The notes below the pieces were generated by a model, which did no database searches, was not told the DNA's origin, and saw nothing but the letters and a program-made list of their open reading frames with translations. A DNA stretch of 64,000 nt from an uncultured delta proteobacterium (GTDB taxonomy: Bacteria; Desulfobacterota; WTBG01; CAIYCZ01). The stretch covers positions 1 to 64,000 of the forward strand of contig CAWDOY010000014.1 of the NCBI GenBank assembly GCA_963803975.1, read 5' to 3'. Made by a program: the position numbers and the translations under genes. Below are positions 49,408 through 59,826 of this stretch, one piece after another (positions within the stretch are counted from its first letter, which is position 1; each line of letters opens with the position of its first letter).

Positions 49408-50826
49408 TTACATTGGCAGGAGGATGGTGAACGTTGTGCCTCCTCCGGTAAAATCTGAAATCTGAATCACCCCGTCGTGGTTGTCGACAATCTTTTTTAC
49501 AATTGAAAGCCCCAGACCGGTGCCCGTTGCGTTCGTTGTATAGAACGGATCAAAAACCTTTTCCTTCTCCGGATCCGGGATGCCTCCCCCGGTATCGCTC
49601 ACCTGGATGCGCACCCTGGCATCACTGACATCGGTTTTAAAATAGATATCCCCCTGCTGCGTTATGGCCTGTGCTGCGTTAGAGAGCAGGTTAAGCAGCG
49701 CCTGGTATATTTGATGGTCATCGATGGCGATGGCTGGCAGCGGGACGAGCGATCGATGCAGGGTGATCTTCTTGTGCGCCTCTTCCGGGATCATAAAGTG
49801 GGTTGTCACCTTTTCGATAATCGCATTGATATCGGAGAGCGCTTTCTGTGGCGGCTGTGGCTTGGCAAAGGACAGAAAATCGTCAATAAGCCGGTTGAGG
49901 CGCTTGATTTCATCCTGGATGTAGCGAACCATGGTTGCCTTGATCTCCGCCTTCGTGTCAGTTTTCGACAGGATATCTACCGAGCCTTTTATGATGCCGA
50001 TCGGATTTTTCAGCTCATGGGCAATCATCATGGAAAACTTGCCGATTTCTGCCATCCGCTCCTTCTGGGAAAGCTCCCGGTAGGTTGTTTCCAGCTCCTG
50101 TTTCTTCTTTATCAGGGAGGAGGCCATGATGTTAAAAGAGTCGGTGAGTTCCCCCAGTTCATCGTCCCTGCTTACATCCATGCGCTCTTCCCAGTTGCCG
50201 CGGGCAATGGAAGATGTTGCCCGGGCCAGCCGCTGTATGGGCCGAATCAGCGTATAGGAAAAATAGACCGCGCCCACGCTGCCGATGATGGTGGCGATGG
50301 TTGCCGAGAGAAATATCCACCAGCGGATGCGGTTGAGCGTTTCAATGATGCCCTCCCGTGAGAAGATCACCTCAATGGTTCCGATTGGCTGACCTTTGGC
50401 GCCGGTGTTTTGTTCAGGCCGGCTGCCGTCTAAATAAAGGCTCATGTCATCGGTGCTGCCCCGTGCTCCCTCCGGGATAAGATATGCCGGCTGGCTGATC
50501 TTTTCCTGCTGCCACCACCAGAGGGTTCTCCCCTTGCTGATATCCACCAGCACCGTGTTCTGTTCGTTAACGATGCGTACCTTTTGCACATCATTTTCCC
50601 GCATGAGATTCTGCGCCAGGGTCTTCAGGGTGTCTTTGTTTTCCAGCAGCAGGGGCAGCTCCGCATTCAACGCCAGATTCTGCACCAGTGACTGGCCCCG
50701 CTTGGCAAATTCATACAGCAGTGCCTTGCGGGACTGATAGACCAGGATGATGCTGAACATCAGGGAAATAAAAACGATCAGAAAAATGGTTATAAAAATA
50801 AATTTAATATTGAGTCCCCACTTCAT
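49408..50826 (-). CDS. Sensor histidine kinase (periplasmic domain, HAMP, HisKA, HATPase)
   Basis: Two TM, DELGEL..SFN.M, AHELKNP, DTGGGI, FDPFYTT, GTGLGL. Confidence 0.95.
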   Translation of the reverse strand: MKWGLNIKFIFITIFLIVFISLMFSIILVYQSRKALLYEFAKRGQSLVQNLALNAELPLLLENKDTLKTLAQNLMRENDVQKVRIVNEQNTVLVDISKGRTLWWWQQEKISQPAYLIPEGARGSTDDMSLYLDGSRPEQNTGAKGQPIGTIEVIFSREGIIETLNRIRWWIFLSATIATIIGSVGAVYFSYTLIRPIQRLARATSSIARGNWEERMDVSRDDELGELTDSFNIMASSLIKKKQELETTYRELSQKERMAEIGKFSMMIAHELKNPIGIIKGSVDILSKTDTKAEIKATMVRYIQDEIKRLNRLIDDFLSFAKPQPPQKALSDINAIIEKVTTHFMIPEEAHKKITLHRSLVPLPAIAIDDHQIYQALLNLLSNAAQAITQQGDIYFKTDVSDARVRIQVSDTGGGIPDPEKEKVFDPFYTTNATGTGLGLSIVKKIVDNHDGVIQISDFTGGGTTFTILLPM

Positions 50827-51767
50827 CAGCGGATCACCTCATCTGCCTGCTGGATAGCGCCGGGAGCTATCTGGATACCCAGCTTCTGGGCGGTTTTCTC
50901 ATCAATGCTCACTCTGATGCGGGTCGGCGCCTCGACGGTAACCCGGGTATTGACGCCCTGCTTCAGCAGTTTCATGGCCATGGTTCCTGCCTGGATGCCC
51001 ATATCCCGGTAATCTATGATAAAAGAAAGAATGGCGCCGTTTTTGGCGAACCAGCTGTTGTAGCCGACTACGGGAATCGTTCTGCGCAGCGCCTCTTTAA
51101 TAATATATTCAACTATTTTCTGAGAGTTAATCTGCTCATCAGGAATCATCAGCAGGGCATCGATTGAAAAATCTTTCGAGGCTATGGTTGGCAGAATATC
51201 GCTTGCCGAGGTTATGGGTAAGCCGACGATAGCCAGCCCCTGCAGGTCTGCTTCTTTGCGGAGCGATTCAACCACGGTCTTATTTTCTCCCTGGCTGAAA
51301 AAAACACCCACCCGTTTGCGCTCGGGGAAGGTCTTTTTAATCTGCTGCAGCTGATAGGCGAGCGGGATATTGAGGCTTACCCCGGAATAGAGTTTTTCCT
51401 TTGCTATAAGGCGGTGCGGATTGAGCACCATACAGAAAAGCTTGGGTGCGGGGAATTTTATTTCTGAAAGCAGAAACGCTGCCTGCGGACCGACCGCGAC
51501 GATAAGCCGGTATTCTTTCTCTTTGACGCTGCTGATAATCTCCCGTCCCTTGTCTAAATCGTTTTCAATACTGACCACCTGCAGGGAGTAGGCGGAAAGC
51601 GTTTCCCGCAGCCCCCCGATGCAGCTGCTGTAGGGAATGATAGTGCTGGTATTTATTACCAGCACATCCTCTGCCCTCGCTGCGTAGCTGCTCGCGGCGA
51701 GGAGAAGAAGGGCAATAAAGAAAATTTTCAGGGAAATACGTTGGCGCGTGCGAGATGTTTGGGCCAT
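50826..51767 (-). CDS. Periplasmic ABC-type substrate-binding-fold protein with no permease nearby
   Basis: Signal peptide ending ARA; KRVGVFFS, DALLMIPD, GAILS...DYRDMG.QAG, A.KLGI; start uncertain (51767-51803). Confidence 0.82.
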   Translation of the reverse strand: MAQTSRTRQRISLKIFFIALLLLAASSYAARAEDVLVINTSTIIPYSSCIGGLRETLSAYSLQVVSIENDLDKGREIISSVKEKEYRLIVAVGPQAAFLLSEIKFPAPKLFCMVLNPHRLIAKEKLYSGVSLNIPLAYQLQQIKKTFPERKRVGVFFSQGENKTVVESLRKEADLQGLAIVGLPITSASDILPTIASKDFSIDALLMIPDEQINSQKIVEYIIKEALRRTIPVVGYNSWFAKNGAILSFIIDYRDMGIQAGTMAMKLLKQGVNTRVTVEAPTRIRVSIDEKTAQKLGIQIAPGAIQQADEVIR

Positions 51768-51837
51768 TATCATAAGTCTGGTTAAAGACAAATATGCTGT
51801 CATTTATAATCAAATATCTCAATAACCACAAGGAATT

Positions 51838-51898
51838 AATTGGTTAAATTGAACCAATATTTTTTTGTAAAACCAATGCTTTGGCTGAAAAAAACCAA
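51838..51898. promoter_or_regulatory. Candidate enhancer sites (UAS) for the sigma54 activator
   Basis: ATTGGTT-aaattg-AACCAAT (51839-51858) and TTGG-ctgaaaaaaa-CCAA (51881-51898) share TTGG-N10-CCAA spacing. Confidence 0.6.
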
Positions 51899-52013
51899 CT
51901 GTTTCTGGCTGCTCTTCTTTTGCGGCGATCGAAAAAATTGTTGTTGTTTTATAATTGTCTGTAATTGCTTTCATTTTTGTTTTATTGCTGACATTTAACA
52001 TGATCTGGCCTGT

Positions 52014-52029
52014 TGGCATTCTCCTTGTA
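52014..52029 (+). promoter_or_regulatory. Sigma54 -24/-12 promoter of the FAS/PKS cluster
   Basis: TGGCATTCTCCTTGTA versus consensus TGGCAC-N5-TTGCW, correct spacing, about 80 nt before the first KS. Confidence 0.65.
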
Positions 52030-52111
52030 ATACATCTAATCAAAATTTTAATCTCTTTATAACTATCGCAAATAAAAAAATCAGAATATCTGGCTGCAGA
52101 AAGAGAAAAAC

Positions 52112-53461
52112 ATGACCGCATACTTTTCTAAAAAATGGGAACAAAAGAAGCTGCAACAAAAACGGGTTGTAATTACCGGCTTTGGTGCGGTAACGCCGCT
52201 TGGCAATGACATTCAGACCACGTGGAGCAATCTTATAAAGGGCGTATCCGGTATTGGGCCCATTACCCTTTTTGATGCAATGACATATCCGGTCAAGATT
52301 GCTGCAGAGGTAAAAAATTTCAACTTTGATACTCCGCTTATCTCGGAAGAAATCGACCGGTATTTCGGGCGCAGCACCCGGTTCTGCGTTAGCGCAGTAA
52401 AAGAGGCTCTGCACAAAGCAGGCCTTAATCTCGAGCACTTGGACTCGGGAAATATCGGGCTCTCGCTCGGATCTAATGAAGAATATGCGCACTTCTCTCA
52501 GTATGACCGCATGTTTGAGCCGGAAAAAATATTTGACCTGCTCCGGTCGCGGAAACTGGAACAATGCAATGGCAACCCCTATGCTCATTTTGCTTCTTCA
52601 AAAAACCTCGGGCAGATCTGGCCGCTGCGCAGAAGCGCACACATGGCCGCTAACCTCATTTCCATCCTGTACAACATTCAGGGTCCCATCAGCACCACCT
52701 CAAGCGCCTGCGCTTCATCTGCTCAGGCAATCGGGCGGGCCCTGCGGATGATACAGGACGGCGATGCGGAAGTTGTTATCACCGGGGGATGTGATTCCAT
52801 TATCGGCGAAACCGCCGTGACCGGCTTTGCCCTCCTCGGGGCCCTCTCCAAGCATAATGATGCGCCGGAAAAAGCATCCCGGCCCTTTGATCTTATGCGC
52901 GACGGCTTTATTCTCGGCGAGGGATCCGGCGTGCTGGTGCTGGAAGAATTTGAACATGCCAGAAAACGCAATGCACCCATCATCGCTGAGCTTGCCGGCT
53001 ATGGCTCCTCTTCCAACGCCTATCGTCTTACCGCCTCACCCGAAGATGGGCGCGGCGCAGACAGCTGCATGAGCGCTGCGCTGCAGGATGCGGGCTGCTC
53101 CATCGAGGATGTAGACTATATCAATGCCCATGGCACGTCCACCTACATCAATGACAAATGTGAAACTGCTGCCATAAAAAAAGTATTTCAAGACCGCGCC
53201 TACGAAATTCCCGTGAGCTCCAACAAGTCCATGCTCGGGCATCTGGTTGCCAGCGCAGCCTCTATTGAACTTATCATCAGCGTTCTGACGCTTACTGGCG
53301 GCATTATACCCCCGACCATCAACTATGAGAATCCGGACCCTGAGTGTGACCTGGACTATGTTCCGAATGAGTCCAGAACAAAGCAGATGAAGACCATCCT
53401 TTCTAATTCTTTTGCGTTTGGCGGACAAAACGCCTCGCTGGTGGTGAAAAAATTCCATTAG
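52112..53461 (+). CDS. fabF: Beta-ketoacyl-ACP synthase (FabF-like KS1), catalytic triad intact
   Basis: SSACASS (Cys), INAHGT, SMLGHL, NSFAFGGQNA. Confidence 0.9.
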   Translation: MTAYFSKKWEQKKLQQKRVVITGFGAVTPLGNDIQTTWSNLIKGVSGIGPITLFDAMTYPVKIAAEVKNFNFDTPLISEEIDRYFGRSTRFCVSAVKEALHKAGLNLEHLDSGNIGLSLGSNEEYAHFSQYDRMFEPEKIFDLLRSRKLEQCNGNPYAHFASSKNLGQIWPLRRSAHMAANLISILYNIQGPISTTSSACASSAQAIGRALRMIQDGDAEVVITGGCDSIIGETAVTGFALLGALSKHNDAPEKASRPFDLMRDGFILGEGSGVLVLEEFEHARKRNAPIIAELAGYGSSSNAYRLTASPEDGRGADSCMSAALQDAGCSIEDVDYINAHGTSTYINDKCETAAIKKVFQDRAYEIPVSSNKSMLGHLVASAASIELIISVLTLTGGIIPPTINYENPDPECDLDYVPNESRTKQMKTILSNSFAFGGQNASLVVKKFH

Positions 53462-53678
53462 TCCCCTGGTTCGGAACGGTTTAAAAGGAGCGGTGAGACT
53501 ACGGCGCCGCCGGACCAATCCGGCAGACGGTTGACCAGCTCAAAGGCGCACAAATCGGTCAAGCCCAAAACTGCCGTATAGTGCCTGCAGCACCTCCCTC
53601 AAAAAAAGGTCGCTGCGAATAAAAAGCAGCTGACCCTGACAATCCCATAAACATATACCGCGGTGTGGTTACCTTATT

Positions 53679-54974
53679 ATGAGCAGAAGAGCCGTCATTA
53701 CCGGCATGGGGGTTGTTTCTCCCCTCGGCATCGGAAAAGAAGAAAACTGGCAGCACCTCCTGGCGGGAACATCAGGCATTAGCCGGATATCCCGGTTGAA
53801 CGTGGAACACCTGCCGGTGAAGCTTGGGGCAGAAGTAAAAAATTTCAACCCCAAACAATTTATCGCCGACCGGAAGGCGCTCCGGCTCTCTTTTTTAAAT
53901 GTACATCTTGGTCTGGCCGCCGCCAAGCTTGCCGTCGATGATGCCGCGCTGCCGCTTGATAAAATTGACCCTACCCGGTTTGGTGCCATCATCGGCTCCG
54001 GGGGCGGAGGATTTGATGACGGCCCCGGATATGAGGATTTAAATGAGCCGATTCTCCGGTCGTGGGACGAAGAAGAAAAGACCTTTGATTCGGCAAAGTT
54101 CGGCGAGAAGGGAGTGCCGGTTGCCCATCCGCTCTTTCTCCTTAAAGCGCTGCCTAACAATGCCTTCTATTACATCTCTCTTCTGTATAACATCCAGGGT
54201 GAAAATAATAATATCATCTCCTCCTATACCGGCGGCTCCCAGGCAATTGGTGACGCCTTCCGCTCGATCCGGCGGGGTGATGCCGATCTTATGATCGCGG
54301 GCGGCTATGACTGCCTGCTGACGCCCAATACCCTCTTCAGCCTTCATGCCATGAACCTGCTGTCCGGCCAGGAAGACCCCGCAACTGCGTGCCGGCCTTT
54401 TGATTTTATGCGCGATGGCATGGTTGCCGGCGAGGGCGCCGGGTTTGTGCTTGTTGAAGAGCTCTCCCACGCGCAGAACCGGGGCGCGCAGATATATGCT
54501 GAAATCGTCGGCTACGGAAATGCCTCCAGCGCCTATCATATTTACCAGCCGGCACCCGGAGGCGACGGCATGAGCAGGGCCATACTGCGGGCGCTTGAGG
54601 ATGCGCAGCTTGATGCAGCAGCAGTCGGCTGGGTCAGTGCAGATGGTATTGCAACCCAGGAAAGCGACCGGGCAGAGGTCTGCGCGCTCAAAACGGTCTT
54701 TGGTGATCGGCTTTCCCAGCTTCCCGTCAGCGCCACCAAATCAATGACCGGACACCTTGGTTCTGCCTCCGGTGCCATAGAGACGGTATACGCTGTTCTG
54801 GCGCTCTGCCAGGGGCTGCTTCCACCCACCATAAACTATGAACACCCGGATCCCGACTGTGCCCTTGATCTGGTCCTGCACCAGCCGCGGGAGAAACAGA
54901 TAGCAACGGCGCTGTCGATTAACCAGGGCATCGGCGGGCAGTGCACCGCGCTTATGTTTAAAAAATATGCTTGA
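53679..54974 (+). CDS. Non-catalytic ketosynthase-like protein (chain-length-factor-like KS2)
   Basis: KS fold with ISSYTGG at the Cys position and SADG replacing NAHG. Confidence 0.85.
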   Translation: MSRRAVITGMGVVSPLGIGKEENWQHLLAGTSGISRISRLNVEHLPVKLGAEVKNFNPKQFIADRKALRLSFLNVHLGLAAAKLAVDDAALPLDKIDPTRFGAIIGSGGGGFDDGPGYEDLNEPILRSWDEEEKTFDSAKFGEKGVPVAHPLFLLKALPNNAFYYISLLYNIQGENNNIISSYTGGSQAIGDAFRSIRRGDADLMIAGGYDCLLTPNTLFSLHAMNLLSGQEDPATACRPFDFMRDGMVAGEGAGFVLVEELSHAQNRGAQIYAEIVGYGNASSAYHIYQPAPGGDGMSRAILRALEDAQLDAAAVGWVSADGIATQESDRAEVCALKTVFGDRLSQLPVSATKSMTGHLGSASGAIETVYAVLALCQGLLPPTINYEHPDPDCALDLVLHQPREKQIATALSINQGIGGQCTALMFKKYA

Positions 54975-55037
54975 GCAAAAAGAATCGCTCAGTCCGGTGT
55001 AATTATATCAATAGTACGTACGCGTTTAAGACAGAAT

Positions 55038-55787
55038 ATGTCCTTGAAATTACAAGACAGAGTTGCTATCGTTACGGGTGCTTCGAGCGGCATCGGCAGC
55101 ACCATTGCCCTGCACCTCGCTGCGGCCGGGGCCGTGGTGATAGGTACCTATCACCACAACCGCGAGAAGGCTGAACAGGTTGTTCGAACCATAAGCGAAA
55201 CCGGGAGCAGGGCTCTGTGCCTGGAGGGGGATGTGAGAAGTTTTTCTGCCATGGAACAGCTGGCGGCAACGGTGGTGGAACAGTTCGGCCGCATTGACAT
55301 CCTGGTGAATAATGCCGGCATCACCCGCGACCAGCTGCTGCTGGCCATGTCCGAGCAGGATTTCCGGGATGTTGTCGAGACCAACCTCTACGGCGCCTTC
55401 AACTGCACCAAGGCGGTAGCCCAGCAGATGATGATGCAGAAGCGTGGCCGGATCATTAATATCTCTTCTGTTGCCGGGGAGCGGGGTGGCAGAGGCCAGA
55501 CCAATTACGCCGCCTCCAAGGGGGGGCTTAACGCGTTTACCCGCGCAGCCGCCATTGAGCTGGCACCAAAAAATATCACCGTGAATGCCATAGCTCCCGG
55601 CGTCATTGAGACCGAAATGAGCAAGGAAGTCATGCGCCGGGCACAGGACCAGGTTCTAAACCATATTCCGCTGAAGCGGCTGGGCACTGCTGATGAAGTA
55701 GCAGGCCTGGCGGTATTTCTGGCAACTGATGACGCCGCATATATTACCGGGGAGATCATCCGCGTTGACGGAGGCTTCAGAGGGTAG
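55038..55787 (+). CDS. fabG: 3-oxoacyl-ACP reductase
   Basis: TGASSGIG, NNAGITRD, NYAASKGG, NAIAPG. Confidence 0.93.
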   Translation: MSLKLQDRVAIVTGASSGIGSTIALHLAAAGAVVIGTYHHNREKAEQVVRTISETGSRALCLEGDVRSFSAMEQLAATVVEQFGRIDILVNNAGITRDQLLLAMSEQDFRDVVETNLYGAFNCTKAVAQQMMMQKRGRIINISSVAGERGGRGQTNYAASKGGLNAFTRAAAIELAPKNITVNAIAPGVIETEMSKEVMRRAQDQVLNHIPLKRLGTADEVAGLAVFLATDDAAYITGEIIRVDGGFRG

Positions 55788-55822
55788 GCGCGTAATCGTG
55801 AGAGAAAGGATGGACGTTTGTT

Positions 55823-56236
55823 ATGATCGATGAAAAAGAAATTCTAAAAAAAGTACAGGAAAGTATCGTGGAAGCACTCGGGGTGGATGAGGAAGATGCG
55901 ACGCCGGGAGCTGTCCTGTTTGATGATCTGGGAGCCGAATCCCTGGATCTGCTGGACATTGTTTTCCGTTTGGAAAAAATCTTTGGCATCAAAGTCCCCC
56001 GCGGCGGCATCCAGCAGGACCTGCTGGATGAAGAAGGGCTGAAGGAGGAAGAGGTGCTGATTGACGGCGCGCTCACTGCACGCGGGGCTGAAGAGCTTAA
56101 AAAAAGGATGCCCGAAGTTGACGGGGAACGAATCGTCGAGGGGTTCCGCATTGATGACATCCCGATGCTTTTTACCGTGCAGACCTTTGTCAATATTGTA
56201 AAGCGGGCGCTTGCGGAAAAAGAAACCGCGCACTAA
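55823..56236 (+). CDS. Extended acyl carrier protein (137 aa)
   Basis: DLGAESLDLLDIVFRLEKIFGI, about 45 aa insert, then FTVQTFVNIV. Confidence 0.88.
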   Translation: MIDEKEILKKVQESIVEALGVDEEDATPGAVLFDDLGAESLDLLDIVFRLEKIFGIKVPRGGIQQDLLDEEGLKEEEVLIDGALTARGAEELKKRMPEVDGERIVEGFRIDDIPMLFTVQTFVNIVKRALAEKETAH

Positions 56237-56299
56237 TGCCTGACGCTTGGAACTGAATAACCCCAGGATCGGCAGGACCGGCAACACAAACACACGAGC

Positions 56300-57606
56300 A
56301 TGCCTATGCGGCGCAGAGTAGTCATTACCGGAATGGGAGCCATTACTCCCCTGGGAAATGATCTGAAAACCACCTGGCAGGCAGTGATTAACGGCAGTTC
56401 GGGAATCGGCCTGATAACCAGGTTTGATGCTTCCACGTTTCCCGTAAAAATTGCCGGCGAGGTCAGGGATTTTCAGTTTGATTGCTCCCTGCTTCCCCGG
56501 GACTGCTCCGGCCTGGTCGGACGCAGCGCCCAGCTGGGCATAGCGGCTGCGCGCATGGCGCTCGAAGATGCGGGCCTTCTACTGCCGGCAGTTGAGCAGC
56601 CGGTTATGGGTATCTCTCTGGGGGCAGATGAAGAATATATTCCGCTCGGAAACATTCCTGATTTTTTTAACCGGGACTATCTATACCGGGCGTATGCTGA
56701 TCCCTGGAGCGCTCATGCGCAGATGCTGCAGGCATCTCTGCAGCGCGGAAAGCTCTTTTCCTTCCGGCGGCGGGCAGATATCGGCTCAGCAGTGATATCG
56801 CCGTTCTGTTTAATCTCCGCGGGCCGGCATCCACGGTACATACGGCCTGCTCATCAAGCGGGCACGCTATCGGCCAGGCCAAGCGGTTTATCGAAAGCGG
56901 CGACTGTGATATTGCCCTGGCCGGCGGCCACTGCTCGATGCTCACCGAACATGCTGTTGCCGGGTTTTATCTGCTGGGAACGCTCTCCACCCGCAATGAT
57001 GACCCGCTCCGGGCCAGCCGCCCCTTTGACCGGACGCGGGATGGCTTTGTGATGAGCGAGGGGGCCGGCATGCTTATTCTTGAAGAACTCTCCCATGCAC
57101 AAAAAAGAGGCGCCCGGATTTATGCCGAGCTCACCGGCTGCGGCTCCTCTTCCAATGCCTACCGTATCACTGATTCGCCGCCTGACGGCCGGGGCGGCGA
57201 TCTCTGCATGAAACGGGCTCTTGCCGATGCGCGGCAAGAGCATCGACGCCATTGATTATATCAATGCCCACGGCACATCAACGGTGCTCAATGATAAAAG
57301 TGAAACCTTGTCTATAAAAAAAGTTTTCGGCGAGCGAGCCTATCAGATACCCGTAAGCTCTACCAAATCCATGCATGGACACCTGGTGAACTGCCTCGTC
57401 GGCGGTGGAACTCATCCTCTGCGTTCTGGCGGTGAGAGACCATATTATTCCCCCGACCACCAATCTTAGCGGTGCCGGACCCCGCGTGCGACCTTGACTA
57501 TGTGCCCAACACGGCCCGGGAGAAGAAGCTCCGGGCCGTGCTTTCAAATTCGCTTGCTTTCGGCGGTCAGAACTGTTCGCTGGTAATGGAACATTTCAGC
57601 GGCTAA
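56300..57606 (+). CDS. Beta-ketoacyl-ACP synthase (KS3) with several indels (about 56800, 57235, 57400-57465)
   Basis: [37 protein letters not shown] and [10 protein letters not shown] in successive frames. Confidence 0.8.
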
Positions 57607-57667
57607 TGGTTCGGTTCGCGGTGCCGCACGGGTTTCAGCTTTTCTTTTTTATGCTTCTGCGGAGATT

Positions 57668-58657
57668 ATGAGGGCACTGGTTACCGGAGCGACTGGTTTT
57701 CTGGGAAGCGCGCTGGTTCGGGCGCTTGCTGCGCGGGGCGATGCGGTGACCGTGCTGGTGCGTCAGACCAGCAATTGCTCGGCATTTGCCGGTTGCCCGG
57801 TTACGCGCGTCACCGGAGACATGCAGGACCGGGACTCCCTTGCCCGGGCGACACGGGGAAACGATACGGTCTTCCACTGTGCGGGACGGGTAGCTGACTG
57901 GGGGCCGCGGAGCGAATTTTTCCGGGTGAATGTTGAAGGCACCAGAAACATCCTTGATGCAAGCTGCAGCGCTGGCCTTCAGCACTTTATTCATGTCAGT
58001 TCGCTGGTGGTGCTGGGGGTGCCGCGCACCATGCCCGTGACCGAAACGACGCCCTATGCAACCCGTTATTTTCATCCGTATGTTGAGACAAAAATTCTCG
58101 CGGAACAACTGGTTCTTGACTACCATGCCAGATACCGGCTGCCGGCAACAATAGTCCGGCCGGGTATTATATGGGGCCCTGGCGATACCACCATCTTCCC
58201 CCGGATAGAGCAGCTGGCCAGAAAAGGGCTCATGGTTATACTCGGCAGGGGAGATAATGTCCTGTGTCTTTCCTACATAGAAAACCTGGTGGCGGGCCTG
58301 CTTCGGGCAGCCGCCGTTGAACAGCCCGATGGCCAGATTTACAGCATTGCCGATGAAGAGCACATCACCTCCCGGGCTTTTTTTGCAGCATTAACCGCGG
58401 CACTTGACCTGCCGCCGCCAAGGCTAACAGTTCCTTTTTCAGCCCTCGATGCTGCCGCCCGCCTCTGTGAAGGATGGGCGCGGCTGGTGCGCTCATCTCA
58501 GGCCCCCCTGCTCACCCGCCTGGGGCTGTATTTGTGGGGAACTCATTATATCGCTGACATCACCAAGGCACGGCAGAAGCTTGGGTACCGGCAGCAGGTG
58601 TCCTTTAGAGAGGGAATGAAACTGTTGGCGGAATGGTATGCAAAAACTAAAATGTGA
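57668..58657 (+). CDS. NAD-dependent epimerase/3-beta-HSD-family reductase (OleD-like), copy 1
   Basis: TGATGFLG, FHCAG, YVETK, RPGIIWGPGD. Confidence 0.88.
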   Translation: MRALVTGATGFLGSALVRALAARGDAVTVLVRQTSNCSAFAGCPVTRVTGDMQDRDSLARATRGNDTVFHCAGRVADWGPRSEFFRVNVEGTRNILDASCSAGLQHFIHVSSLVVLGVPRTMPVTETTPYATRYFHPYVETKILAEQLVLDYHARYRLPATIVRPGIIWGPGDTTIFPRIEQLARKGLMVILGRGDNVLCLSYIENLVAGLLRAAAVEQPDGQIYSIADEEHITSRAFFAALTAALDLPPPRLTVPFSALDAAARLCEGWARLVRSSQAPLLTRLGLYLWGTHYIADITKARQKLGYRQQVSFREGMKLLAEWYAKTKM

Positions 58658-58833
58658 AGCTTCCCGCCTAACCCGAAAGCATTCGGGACGAGGCACGAAA
58701 CCGATCATCTTGAGCACGCTATGACATAGATATTAATTGCATCAAGTTCTGATAAATAATTTTGGTCATTTATTAATTTACATAATTATAAATTATAGCT
58801 ATAGCACATGTGCTTTTTCGTATTGCGAAAAAC

Positions 58834-59826
58834 ATGAAGGTATTGGTTACCGGGGCAACCGGTTTTTTAGGAAAACATTTGGTTCAGAAGCTTGTCGCAC
58901 GCGGTGATGAGGTGTGCGCATTGGTGTGGCCGCCCAGCACCCGCTCCACGTTACAGAATCTATCGGTTACTATGCTTGAGGGCGACATCCAGAATGCGGA
59001 TTTAGTCATGCAGGCAGTAAAGGGAAATGACGTGGTGTTCCACTGTGCCGGAAAGGTAGATGATTGGGGGCCGCGAAACGAGTTTTATCGGGTAAATGTC
59101 GATGGCACGCGGAATATGCTTGAGGCATGCCGTATTTCTGGAGTCAAACACTTTATCCATATCAGCTCTCTCGCGGTTCTGGGGATTCCGGAAACGGCTC
59201 CGGTAGATGAAACAATGCCCTACACAACCAAGCCCTTTCACCCCTATATGGAAACAAAACTTGTCTCAGAGAAATTAGTCCTTGAATATCATAAGAAACA
59301 CAAACTTCCCGTGACCATTATCCGTCCGGGCATTCTGTGGGGTCCGGGAGATACCTCTATATTCCCACGACTTGAGCGACTGGCATCAAAGGGTCTGATG
59401 ATTTTTAAAATGGGAACGGGAAATAATGTGCTGTGTCTTTCCTATGTTCCTAATCTGGTGGATGCCCTGCTCCTGGCAGCGGATGTTGAAAATCCGGACT
59501 GTCAGATTTATCATATCGCTGATGAGGAAAGAATAACTTCAGGAGCTTATTTTGCCGCATTAACAAAAGCAATCAGCGCTAAACAACCGACTATCCCAAC
59601 TCCTTTTTTTGTGCTTTATATTGCCGCATCTCTGTTTGAGCTGGGAGCCAAACTTCTAAGATTATCCCAATCTCCACTTCTGACGAGATATGGGTTATAT
59701 TTATGGAGCTGCACTTTTATTGTTAACCTGTCAAAGGCAAAAAAACAGCTCGGCTACCAGCAACAGGTCTTTTTTAAAGAAGGAATGAAACAGTTAACAG
59801 AATGGTATGCAAAAACCAAAGGGTGA
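58834..59826 (+). CDS. NAD-dependent epimerase/3-beta-HSD-family reductase, tandem paralog
   Basis: Collinear with 57668..58657, both ending EWYAKTK; more AT-rich. Confidence 0.88.
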   Translation: MKVLVTGATGFLGKHLVQKLVARGDEVCALVWPPSTRSTLQNLSVTMLEGDIQNADLVMQAVKGNDVVFHCAGKVDDWGPRNEFYRVNVDGTRNMLEACRISGVKHFIHISSLAVLGIPETAPVDETMPYTTKPFHPYMETKLVSEKLVLEYHKKHKLPVTIIRPGILWGPGDTSIFPRLERLASKGLMIFKMGTGNNVLCLSYVPNLVDALLLAADVENPDCQIYHIADEERITSGAYFAALTKAISAKQPTIPTPFFVLYIAASLFELGAKLLRLSQSPLLTRYGLYLWSCTFIVNLSKAKKQLGYQQQVFFKEGMKQLTEWYAKTKG

